Shown: positions 13,001 to 26,200 of the stretch, one piece after another
Layout: the number at the start of each line of letters is the position of its first letter
How positions within the stretch are numbered: the stretch's first letter is position 1
From: Leptogorgia sarmentosa
Taxonomy: Eukaryota
Assembly (NCBI GenBank): GCA_964658305.1
Contig: OZ210885.1
Span: 13,020,001-13,084,000, forward strand
Reading direction: 5' to 3'
Length of the DNA: 64,000 nucleotides
Translations under genes and position numbers: made by a program
The notes under the pieces: generated by a model
The model's input: the letters and a program-made list of their open reading frames with translations, nothing else
The model's database searches: none
Told to the model about the DNA's origin: nothing

Positions 13001-16000
13001 CCTCTGAATTGCCGGAAACGGCCATTTCAGAGTCCTAACTCCGCTTTCTTGGTACGCTCGTTCAGATGAACGACTGGAGGATTGTTGACATTACCTTATT
13101 CCTCAGATTTTTGCCCGAATTATGCTCCAAATCAGTGCCGGAATTTTCCAATTTGAAATTTTTTGGGGGGAGCAGTTGCCAACCTTGCCCCCCCCCCCCC
13201 CGCCTCGTACGCCTATGCCCCCACCAACCCCCAGACCCGCGGCAATTGGAAAGTTTGTGTAGTATTAGAGCGTGCGGTATTTGTATAAGCGTTGTGTCGA
13301 AGACTCGAAGTCCTGCATATGTGATTGTGTCGTGTGCACTAATCTGCAGGATTTTAACAAATAAAATGTACAGCCAGCGGTCATCGCAAACTGTTGGCAA
13401 TTCTCTATTATGTCCACGAAAGTAGGCATAAAATGGAACTCATTGCGACTTTTCATTTGTTTTTTTTTTGTAATTGTTTTCTATTTCGGGACAAATATGG
13501 CGCCCATTATGCAACTTTGGCGCCCCGTAAAAAAGTTCACTGGGGGGGCTATGGCCCCCCGGCCCCCCCCCTGCCAGCACGCCACTGATGCACAATATAC
13601 CTTCCTTTAGAACTTACTTGAGATTTCGTTGAAATCCAGCATAAAATAAGGACAATATACTCATTTAAATTGTTAGCTACACGTTTGTTATATTTATAGT
13701 TCACAAATCCCAATGACTTCGGCCAAAACGCAGGAAGTAAAATGTGCTTGCATAAAACAACAAAGGCTCCGGCGTCAAATTATCCATAAACCTACACCGA
13801 TGTACCTATTAATCAAGAAGCCAGTTTATGACGCCGTCGACCTGTAGGGCCTGTTTATATGATCCCACTCACCCGGGATTCAATGAAGCGCAAAATGATT
13901 TTGAGGTATTGAAATGAGTCATAATTTATGATTTGAAGAAATGCTAAACTGCTGGTTGCTCAATATTTTGTTCTGCTGAAATATCAAACACGCAAGATGT
14001 TGTTGGGCATCAATTTTTGAAAAATATATCTTTTTTGTTGATTTTTACTAAAAGTGTCCTAACTTTGGTTGTTTCGTTTCATGAACGTTACTCATTTCAA
14101 TACCTCAAAATCATTTGACGCTTCATTGAATCCCGGTTAAGAGGGATCATATAAACAAGTCATTACAGTGGAAGTTTGACTTTGCGTGCTGTACGTCACA
14201 TGTAGGCCCTATGTTGATCACATTTAAAGTGTGCCGCGCTGTAATCTTAGAGGTCACTGATATAATGAATGGCCTCAAGTCTCGATGCTTTGCATCACAG
14301 TAGTAATAAATAATTTAATAACGCAACAATTGTCACGACCCTTTATTACGCGTTTGGTGGAGTTATCGTGGGCGTTGTAGATCATGACAACAATTCTATT
14401 TTTGCAGCATGTGCGCATGCTAATTTTTTTCTTCTAGTTTTCCAATGTTATTCACTGGAACACTTCAGCTAATACTCGATGAACTGAGATTAGAAAATAA
14501 AATAATAACAATGAAATAATTTACCTGGTATAGCCACAAGGTTGCCAGAATTGTTAATCCTTAAAACTTTCTCAGTGGGGAAAGAACTGGTGCTTTGCAA
14601 CTCGGCGTCGTTCAACTTCCACTTTGTGACTGTCTCTGCAGCTTTACGATCACCATATATGAACGGATGAACACAAAAAAGGGAGTTCTGGACCACGCGC
14701 ATTGTTTCAATTCTCTCCATTATATGTATATCTTCGTAACTATGCACGACTCCGTTGCCATTTATCCGATCAATCTGTCAAAAGAATCAAACCACTGCTC
14801 AAAATAACGTCCTTCCATTAAATACTTTCCCCACAAAATGATATGAACGCCAATCCAGTTATAAATGCTTATTATTACGTATTTTAAATTCAAGAATTCC
14901 TTTCGAACTATTTTCTATTATTCTTGCTTGGTTTCGTCAAACAGCTCAAAAAGTAGCAAAATGAACAAAAAATCAGCCGTCAGAATCGAAGTTCTTGAAT
15001 TTATTAGATGTATTTTAAATGAATGAAGGCAAGAGGTAAATCGTGAGGGGGATGACACAAGCATCGAGAGGGAGGGGAATGACACAAGTCACGGCCAACT
15101 GTTTCGGCTGAAAGAATTTAACGTCCCCTAACGTTTTAACAGTCATGATTCACCGAGGATTTCATTTATATTTATCAAGTATAGTGTCCTTTATGTGCGG
15201 GAAACTTTGTGTGTAAATCGAATTGAACTGTTGCGATTAGCAATTACAATGCATTTATATTTCAGCAGTCACGTTCATTAAAACAATTACAGTTAAATTA
15301 CTGCAATACGTGTACTGCTATGGAAAATGATTAAACGGACTATATTAACATGAAGGTTAACTCTATTCAAATTGCTGATGTGCGTTACGCCCCTGGTTAA
15401 AAAAATCCTTATTACGCTGTTAATTGGCTTCATATGCAATGAAGGTTACAATGGGTATGTTGACATTTCAAGTTTTCGCGCAATCTCGCAATGCATTGTG
15501 TGATCGCCAGGGGACAAACAAACATTGTTGTATACTGCGAAATATATGAATATTCATATACTCAACGTTTTGGAGCGGAATTTTCTTTAAAATCTCATTA
15601 ATATTTAAAATATGTCTTGTGTTCCGACTGACTGACGTGAAGGAAATGTCCGTGGGGACGGAAATTGTTTTTATCGAGCTATGGCACTCGTTGTAGATGG
15701 CAAAACTGACGAAGCTTACCCAGTGTTTAGAGCCGTGTGTAATGAAATGATAGCGGAGTACCCAGAAGTTTTTGAGGCTTATTTGTTCAGCACTAAATCG
15801 CTACAAGAGCATCTAACCAAGAGTTCCCAGGGCAGAAACAATCGATATTTTTAGTTGTGCAACTCAGCAACTGTACTTCAGCGCGCTATAGTCATCAAAT
15901 ACTCGATCACGAGCTCAATGTGGATGAAATTCGAACCTCGTGTAGGAACTCAAGCTACTATTGTTTGCAATCGGTCTTGTGCTTGTCCCTTTTAAAAATA

Positions 16001-17207
16001 TCGATTGTTTCTGCCCTGGGAACTCTTGGTTACATGCTCTTTTAGCGATTTAGTGCTGAACAAATAAGCTTCAAAAACGTCTGGGTACTCCGCTATCATT
16101 TCATTACACACGGCTCTAAACACTGGGTAAGCTTCGTCAGTTTTGCCATCTACAGCGAGTGCCATAGCTCGATAAGAACAATTTCCGTCCCCACGGACAT
16201 TTCCTTCACGTCTGCCAGTCGGAACACAAGACATATTTTAAATATTAATGAGATTTTAAAGAAAATTTCGCTCCATGTTTGTTTGCCCCCTGGCGATCCC
16301 ACAATGCATTGCGAGATTGCGCGAAAACTTGAAATGTCAACATACCCATTGAACAATTAAACAGATTTATTTAATTGATGTAATTCGCCTGATATTCAAT
16401 GTCATATGATCAAATACATGTGGGCATGTGGAATGTGACAATACTAAATCTTTAATTTAGTCTTCCCAGGCAAGGACATTTAGAAAATTCAATATACGTC
16501 CACTCTCTATATCTCTATATCGTTGTTGCTATCTTGTGAGGTGTTTATTTGCGATTTTTAATAAACTTTTTCCTTCCACTCCCCTCCCTCTCCTCAGTCC
16601 CCTGCCTAGATTACAAGGCAAAAACGAGCGAGTGAATTTGATTATAGTAAATTATTCTTTCACACTGGGAGTACATGAATGGGAATCATTGATCAATAAT
16701 TAATTCCAGCTAGGCCGCGACTATGCCGAGAACAAATGGAAACATATAATGAATGTTTAATCAAATAAATGCCTGAAGCAAATACATCGGCCATTATATA
16801 TCAATCTTATGAACTGAATAAGAATCAAAATTATGGTTTTCTTGTTACGACGAGTTTATTATGTTACTGCATCAAGTGTACCCTGAAGGCAAAGACGGCA
16901 AACTAAAAAATGTTTGCACATTTATAATATCCACGCTAGCAGTAGATAGTATGGGTTATGGCCATTTTTGCTCATGACAAACCAAGCTATACATGTTTTC
17001 TAGGTTCATGGCGGATATTCAAATAACATTTTAATCGCTTTGGCAACATATTCAAACATTGTTCAAACTTGGCAACACTATAATTACTGATTCAAGGTCC
17101 CACTCTTTAGTGTCCGCCATATTATGTGCAGAAATATTTCATCCCCTGAACACGTGCTGAGTTGCAATGATCGGAGGGGCTTTGCGGCATTGTGACTTGA
17201 GGCATCT

Positions 17208-17243
<36 letters not shown>

Positions 17244-20200
17244 GAGATAGAGAGATAGAGAGATAGAGAGATAGATAGATAGATAGATAGATATTTAATT
17301 GTTAAACCTTGCAGCCATAGGCTGAATTGTGTTTACATTACATTTGGTTCGAACTATTACAATTATATTACATTGAATATTACAAAACATATAAAATCGA
17401 TTAAAATTAGATATATACTAAGTTTGGTGAACAAAGATAAAAAGCGGCTACTATAAACTATTATTATATTAGAATTGTCGGTTCTACTATTTAGTGATTG
17501 TTTGATTTGTCTAGGCTTTTAGTGAGTTAGCAATAAAAAAACTATTTTTAAAACGATCTGTTCGGAAATTTGCGTTAAACGTATGTTTGGCCCTAAGGTC
17601 GGTAACGCACGTGTTTCGAGGTGGGAGAAATCCGTGGAGTTTATGATTTTCGTCCATCACGATGTCTTGGAAGAGTTTGTTGGTTATCTTCTCTCTTCTG
17701 TTGCTAAGACGTTGGAGACCGGTGAATGACAGCGCGTCGGTATAAGCGAGCCAGGGATGGATTATTCTCAACGCTCTCTTCTGAATCATTTCCAGGTCAT
17801 TAGATAAGTAATTAGACAAACTGTTATGAAAAACAGGGCATGCATATTCCAAAATTGGTCTAATACATGTGTTGTAGAATAAAACCAATTCATCAGTCCC
17901 AACTTTGGCACGTTTAAGTTGAGTTAAAAAGTACAATCGCTTACTTGCTTTCGCGATGGTTCGCTGGATATGGTCATTCTATTTTAAATTGCTGGAAACG
18001 GTTAAACCAAGAATTTTTGCACAAGTAACTAAATCCAAAGGAATATCGCTCACCGTAACTGGATCGAAATCGGCACTTGGTTTACCAAATCCAATACGTA
18101 ATTCTTTGCATTTCTTTTCGTTCAGTTGGAATTTTAGCTCAGAAATTTGTGTTAATAAATCGTTAACTGTGGCCTGGATTCTACTTTCGCTGTTTTTGCG
18201 GACTACTTCGTCTATGGTCGTGTCATCTACGAACTTCCACATGTCACCACTAGAGATTGTTAATTCGTTAATCATTATTAAGTATAACCATGGGCCCAAT
18301 TTTGTGCCCTGTGGAACTCCGGCAGGAATATCGGCCCAATCCGAATAATCATCTTGATTTAGCTTTACTCGTTGTTTTCTACATGTAAGGAAATCTATAA
18401 TCCAGTTAATAACCCAGTACGGTAAGTCATATGTGTTGAGTTTGGCAACCAATAGGCCGTGGTCTATCAAGTCAAAAGCCTTTTTCAAGTCAAATAGGAT
18501 GACTCTAACCGTTGCACCGTTTCCATCAGTTGAGTCATATTCCAGGAGTGTAACATGCTTAAGAGAGCATAAGTCGGGCTTGATTTTGCGATGGTACCAA
18601 ATTGCTTGGGGTCAATTCTTTTGAGTACAGCAGGTTTAATGAAATCTTCCACGATAAAATCCTCTGCTATTTTCGACATAATAGATGTTAGGGATATTGG
18701 TCGTAAGTGTTTATTCACTTCTCGAACGGGTTTTTCTTTCGGAATTGGAATGACATCCGCATGTTTCCATATTGAGGGGAGACGCTCTTCCTTATAGGAT
18801 AAGTTCAATATATCTGAAACAGGCGAGGCTAAAATATCGGCGTTTTCCTTTAATATCCAAGCTGGAATGCCGTCTGGGCCACCAGCTTTGTTTGGATTTA
18901 GGTTTGCAAGAATTTTGAAAACAGAGGCCTCAGACGAATAAGGTGACTGGTCGTTTAGGTGGAGATCCTCAACAGTATTTCGGTTAACAGAGCTGGATGG
19001 CAAAGGGTCGAAAATTTTCATTGGCTCGAGGAAAGTTTGGTTTATTAAGTTGGCAAGGTCATACGGGGTGGTAGGTATTTGGCCACTGCTGCACTCTAGG
19101 TTTTGCAGTAAAGACATCGGATCTTCGCAATGGGTGACCTGTGAAGCTAAACCACTCAGTTTTTTAACTTGTTTCCACCAAGTGGATGGTGAGCTTTCTT
19201 TTAAGTGTTCGACTTTTGACTTGTAAAACTTCGATCGACACGATTTTCGTTCACGGTTTACTCGATTTCTTAGAGTTTTAAATAAACTTGTGTTTCCCTG
19301 GGCCAAAGCCTTTTGACGAAGGTAGATTGCTTGTTTTAAGGATCGAGACATCCAAGGCGGTTCGTTACAATGTATTGTTTTAGTCATAATGGTAAGTAAC
19401 GAATCTATGTAATCCAAACTTAATTATTGATCCTAACATCTGTGTTTTTCCGTCACAAGTATTCTCCGTAGCAATCAAGGATTTGACATGAACTTCCTTT
19501 AAAAACGTAGTAAACGCAAGACGCTTAGATGGTCTCAGGTCCCTCGATTTCACACATAATTTTGCTTTTTGAATTTGTAGTCTTTCTAAAGGTTGAACTT
19601 CCACTGTGACGTGATCAGAGAGGCCAAAGGCCGGACGTTTGATTGCATCGTTATAAAAATCCTTCATATTGGTAAATATTAGATCTAGTCGATTTAGACC
19701 CCGCGTTGGAAATTTTACGATCTGACGGAGTTTGAAACCATTAGTTATTCGAGATGTGGTTAATTTATTAAAATCACCAAGTAAAATTATTCCGCAATTA
19801 GGGAATTTAGCTTCGATTGATGCAAGTGACTCGTATAGATAATTGATTACTTCCTGATCATTTCCACTTGGAGGATGGTACAAAATACACATTATAATAC
19901 AGGAAAATCCCCTAGGAAGGCGTGAAGGTCTTAGTTTTACCCAAAGAGCTTCAATGACTGTGTTCATGATATCGTATAAGACTTCGTAACTTATTGAGTT
20001 CCTTATATAGATGCACACACCACCGTGTTGGCCATTGGATCTGTCGCGGCGTTCAATGTTATAACCAGAAACAGAAACAATGTTATCATGGATATGATTT
20101 TGTAACCAAGTTTCTGTGATACAAATGAGATCTATATTTCCAAGGGTAATTGATTCACGCAGCTCATCTATCTTGGGGGCGAGAGACATGACATTAGATA

Positions 20201-23200
20201 GCATAATTGAGGGTACAAATAGAAATGGGGATCCCGCCCCACGCAGCGGTTTCGTTCTGTTAGTGTTATTATTATTTATTGACGCATTATTTCCGATACA
20301 TAGTCTAGGTATTGATGCCAATCGGTTTGGTTGAATAACGGAACTGGGCAAAAACCCTGCCTGACAGACATTTGCTTCCTATACAATTTTCGGCTACGAG
20401 TAGTATTTCGTTTACGAGGGCACCGAGTAGTGATTCGGGTTGGAATACTTTGAAATTTTGTTTCATCATATTTCTTATCAATCTGGTCCCCGACCAGAAG
20501 AGTCAAATTATGTTTGGGGACAGTGTTTACGGAAGGGCGCCGAGTATCAGTACGAGTTGCAATACTTTGAATTTGGGGTGAAGTGCTTTGAAAATTCTGG
20601 TTACGTGCATCTAATGGTATTGTGTGTTGCATTGGTGAACCTGAACAAGAGTTCAGTATTATGCATGGCTGATTGGAATGGCTATTCTCTGTAGCTCCGT
20701 TTAATATTTCAGTAGATGGCGTGTTCTCTGGGAAAGACTCAGCAACTTTAGCATCACCAGTTTGTTTGTTTACAGTTAAATCCATTGTGCTAGTGGTTTG
20801 GTCTGGTATTTCGACGGGTGGAATGTTGTCCGGGGAAAATTCAACAACACATTCGTTCAATTCGGTGTATCTATACCCCTTACTAAGTTAGATGCTGTTT
20901 CTGAATTTATGCGCATATTTAGGAGTGTTAGTTGATCATTAGTCGCTTCAACAGTTCTAATTCTATCCTGGAGTGAAGCTATTGTTTTATTCAATTCATC
21001 AACTTCGGTGTTTCTCCCTCTTACAAACAAAGCTAGATCCGATTCGAGTTGATTACTTTTATCCTTTTCGTGAGAAAGATCTTGCTCGAGTTGGTTACTT
21101 TTATCCTTTTCGTGGGAAAGATCTTGCTTAAGTTGGGATATATTGGCATACTCTCCTGTAAATTTACTAAGAACAGAGTCCAATCTAATCTCAAAATTGT
21201 TTTGCATTATAACTAACTCGAGTTTGACCCCCTCAAGTTCGGCGGTCAGAACTCCACAGCACAGTTATTCAACGCGGTCTGTTCCGTATGGGAGTATTTG
21301 TTAGCCATGACAGGAGCCGGGCGATGAGCAATACTATCTTGTTTGTTTTCAAACGGGACAGGGGCACCAATATAACCGCTTTTCCATTCGAGACATTAAG
21401 GCAGCCAAGCGCGCACGTAGTGTTTGGATGTGGATGTTTGACTTCATCAATACAATTGACCTTTCGATTCGCTGTATTTTCGACATCACTCATGGACGAC
21501 AACTCGCAGCGATTAATTAGATTTTTCTTTGCTTGTTCGCCTATTTTGCCGTTGAATGTAAGAGTGTTCAGTTTACCTGGATACCATATTGTACTGAAGT
21601 CGGTATTTGCAGCGTCGAACTTCTTCGAGCTTCCTTCAAACGCTCGCCATTTCCCGTCTAGGCCAAAAGCGCCTTCGATAAAAGTTTTCAATGACTCGTA
21701 GTCTTTGCACCATTTTACCCTCGTTCCATCATACATAATACTCTTTGATTTAATAGACTCATTTATAATATTGAAATCCCAACTGGCAGTGTGATTATTA
21801 ACATTTGTGTTGGAGCTTTCGAAAGCGTTGACGATCCGCCATGATTACCAACAATTTATAAACCAATATATTAGATTGTCTAGCTAGCTTTCTTATCCAT
21901 ACGAATAACTACAAACAATGATGAACAATAGTATAACGTTACAATTGCATGGATAATATTTGTTTCAGCATTGAAAGGATATAAAGCAACTACGGAGATT
22001 GACACATCGGGAGAATTTGGGGACGTGCCCCCCGGAGTTTACACTATGAATGAATGTCTGAATTTCTCGTTTACTCGATGACTGGTGAGAATTTTGCCGC
22101 TCATTACACTAAAATGGAACGTTTGGAAATCTAGGTTAAGGTTTATTAGCAGTAGTTTATTTTTTTTACCAATTAATTGATATGTCCAAATACAATGTAA
22201 AGGAAGAAAGAAAGGGAATTATGGCGAGCAGACATAAACTTTTTATTTTTCGCTTCTGCCTCAAGAAGGATGAGCTTTTTATTCTAGTTTGTTCAATTGA
22301 ATGCAATGACAAGCACACGAGTTCAAAGAAAAGAACACAAGTCTTGGACAGAAGCTCTTCACAGGGAGTTGCATCCCTTCTACAATAACTTAGGACGAAA
22401 GTCCTTTTGCTCGAAACGTTGAGTTCTCTTTTTTTTCAGGTATCGTGCTCACCAAATGACGAGTTCTAATGGATTGTGACCACACGTCAGATCTAATCTA
22501 GATGCGCTTCTTGGTAACAATGATGTGGACACACCATGTAATATTATTCATATTTTCACCGTGCACGGAGCAATGCGGCACATCAGCTAAACATAGGCAG
22601 AAACATGCGACATTGGAGTTCACGCGCTCAGTTAAGTTCATATTGACTGCAATTTAGCGGCACTAATAACCAGTAGAACACAACCTTTGCGAATAGAATT
22701 TACCAAAACCTCGCCAATTTACGACAGCTAGCGCTTCAGAACTCGGCAAAGTTATTTTATTGTTCTCAAAATGTATTTTATACAAAAAACACATGATGGT
22801 GGGAAAAAGAAGTTGTGGTGCTTTGGCATCTCGAAATTTGTTTGGTGTATGCCCTGAGATAGAGGGTTTTTTCCGTAGAAAATATTCCTGAAATAGAGGA
22901 TTTTTTCCGTAGAAAATGTTATTTATCACGACCATTATTAACTAATGTATAATACATTGCAAGCTGTTAGACTTTTGTTCAAGGACGAGATTTAATTTAA
23001 TTTAATTGTTTTAACCTTATCGCTCGATTTCTAGCCCATGTTATTCGCAAATATATATTTTAATAAGAACTGCCTTCGCATAGTTTAATTTTAAAGATTT
23101 CACCGTCTTCTACAAAATAGTATGGAATTACTTCAATTTGCATTTTAAAATTCGGTTTCTTAATTATAGCTTAGGGTTATTTCATCATCGCGGCTCGCAC

Positions 23201-26200
23201 ATTTCTGGTAATAAAACAAAAATCCAGCAAGAAAAAAACTATTCATTTGCTTGAGTTCTTCCAATTATGGTTTGAAAAATGAGGATTATTTCCAATTTTG
23301 CCTCCCAATTTTCAAAATGAAGATTGGGACGAAGTTAATTTGCAAAATTCTAGAAACGCTTCATAATGTGCATGTGCTGTTTTACGTCATGAAATTTCAA
23401 TTGCAGCTCAACCTACTACAAGTATTAAGCCCTAAAAATAACGTTTGACAATCTTGTTCGTAAAGAGACATCACGAAATTTGAATTGCAGCTCAACCTAT
23501 GCAACAAGTAACACGCTGCAAAAATAACATTTGACAATCTCGTTTGGAAAATGATATACATACCTTTTTGCCAGAAGCAATTATGATATCATGGGAGCAG
23601 GGCACGAATTCTAACGCGGTAATGGAATCCGACCAAATGTTGTCATGTGACCATATTAACGTCGGCGAGTTTTCTTCAACATTCCAAAGCTTCACAGACC
23701 CACCGATACACCCTGATGCAAAGCGACGTGAACGATCATGACCTCCTAGCTCGCCTCTAACTTGAGAAATGGCATCCTTGTGTGCTGGGAATTTCAACTG
23801 CGATTTATTGTTAAGATGAAACCATAACAGTTCTCCGTCATCACAACCAAGCAATGCATAGTTTGAACCAAGAGCAGTAATGCAGGTGACTTTAACTTCT
23901 GGTTGACCCAAATTAATGCTGGCCTCGATATCATTAAATGTACTTAGTTCGATCCTGTTTGCCTCGTCAACAAAAACGAAACGGGCATCATCACTTAATA
24001 CGCACACAAAACGTATGGCGCCTCCAGACACGGTCTTTGCGAATTGAACTATTTTAGAACACTCTATGTCGACCAGCGACAATGTTCCCGAACTGCTTCC
24101 AGACAGAGCAAATTTCCCATTTGATGTGATGTCAATTGCTGTAACTATCGAGTCGTCAGGATGACCTGCATGAAGGAAGTAAAATTTTTATTTGAAGTAT
24201 TCAAGTATGCGACACTTCAGCGGTGTAGCCTCACAATCATTGAAAAATATCCTTCAGACGACAAGTAATCTTTACAGGTGCAGCAATAAAAATCTTCTTC
24301 AAATCCAGGTAGGAAAATGCATCGCTGATATCGAAAACGCAAAAATAAGTCATTCACTGTTGTGAATAAAAGACTAGTATACTGGAATAAAGGCCGTTTT
24401 CCATTACAGTCGTTTTGCCCGCGCGGGCGGAGCGAACGATTTAAACTTCGTCAAAAATACGTCGCGCGGGCACGCCAAGAATGTTGAACGTAGTTCAACT
24501 TCTAAGCGTCTCCGCGCGTGAAAAATTAGACAGAGAACGCTCATATTAGACACCCATAGCAAAAGTTGAAACATGTTCGCTCTGCCCGTGCGGGCAAAGC
24601 GACTGAAATGGAAAACTGCCGTAAATCACACCCATTTCATACGAAATTCAATCACTTTCACCTGATAAATAGTACGCACATAGCACGAACTTTAATTTGA
24701 ATGGCCGTAATATGTTTTTTATTGTTCCCAATCATTGCAGTTATACTAATTTTGACACACTTTTACCAATTGTAGCGATGGATGTTTGTTTCTTTACTTA
24801 TTTTCAAATTTTTGCGATCGCTAGATTTCTCTATTATGTATACGTTTACTCTAGACTAAAAGCTTGCAGTGGGCTGAGAACAGTCTTACTCTAAGGTCAT
24901 GGAAAGACAGTTTAGTAGAACATAACTTCCGTGTCAATTGACAGCTAATCCCCCAAAACGCCAGCTGAGGTTTAAATCTTGAGGTATGTTCGCACAGCGC
25001 GACTAGTTAGGCTCGTTTTAGACGTCTAATTTCCGTCAAATTCAAACAATGAGGGAAGTAATCTCATGAATGAAACGGGCTTCAACTTTATTTGGAAATC
25101 AGCAGATAAAAGCTGCCGAAAAATGGCCTGAAAAATTGCAATGTGTTGACATCCTTCATGTCGTGAAGGCACATGGATGGGAAACTTACTGTAGCAAAAT
25201 ACCTGTTTAGAAAAAGTTGAGATCAAAAATAGAAAGTTGAAATTTTTGAAATCTCGTAGCTTTGGTATTCTTTCGCTAGCTACATGCAAAACGACTAAAA
25301 ACGGATACAGGTTTGTAGATACTCGTGACGAAACCGTTTTAATTGTATTCTCCGTAATCGTTTAATACATAATCAGAACAGAAAATAGCCTGTGAAGCTA
25401 TAGCCAAGACAATTTCAGAGCTAACACGTAAATCGAATTCAATATTTGACTCATTCGCGAGTGAATGCAGTGTTTTTTCGGGAAAAATATATTCTCATTT
25501 AAAACAGATATTTCACACATATAAATTATTGTGTGTATGAATATAGTAAAAAATCCTGTAGTCGCATCAAAGACTTGAAAGTATTTAGAATTTTCAAATA
25601 GTCCTTGATTTACCCACCTGCATTATGGTCGACCCAACTCTTAGTTGAAAGTTTCCGGTGGAGAAACACATTTTTCTGAAGCGAGCCAAACAAAAGATCT
25701 TTGCCGTCGGGTGATATTACAGGTGCGACCCTCGGACGTACAGTCGATACTTGCAAAGAGTCGAGATTGATTTCACAAATATGCATATCAGGGCTGCATG
25801 TGTAAATCATGTTGCGATCGCATGCTATTTCCACTGCATAGGACACGGGTAAAATGACTTCTTTCAAAGACGCATCAGGATTTTGCCAGTCCCAGATGAA
25901 CACATGGTTATCTTTGCATCCAATTATAACATGCAACCCATCAGAACTAAAGCGAACAATCTCAGGTGTGCCATCACTATCAATTCCATTGATCACACTG
26001 CCATCAGACAAATTCCACACCTTAAAAAATAAAAGGAAAAATTAATATTCTGTATGAAGCTTAAAACTTGTGACTATAATGATTTATCATAACTAATTGT
26101 GAATATAATAACTAACAAGCAAAATAAGTTTCGTTACTTATATTATGCGTGCTACTCAAAGCGAGTACTGGAAGCCAGTTTTTAAAGTTAGCTACTACGT

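Larger units (their letters stand above)
17293..21880 (-). mobile_element. Near full-length non-LTR retrotransposon (L2/CR1-group-like) with frameshifts
   Basis: ORF1-like region, then APE endonuclease and reverse transcriptase, 3' UTR and microsatellite tail; the 5' boundary is approximate. Confidence 0.9.

Noticed and set aside
17956..21701. Plus-strand ORFs overlapping the LINE (and 31183-31647 over the companion gene)
   Set aside because: Antisense shadows of real coding sequence.
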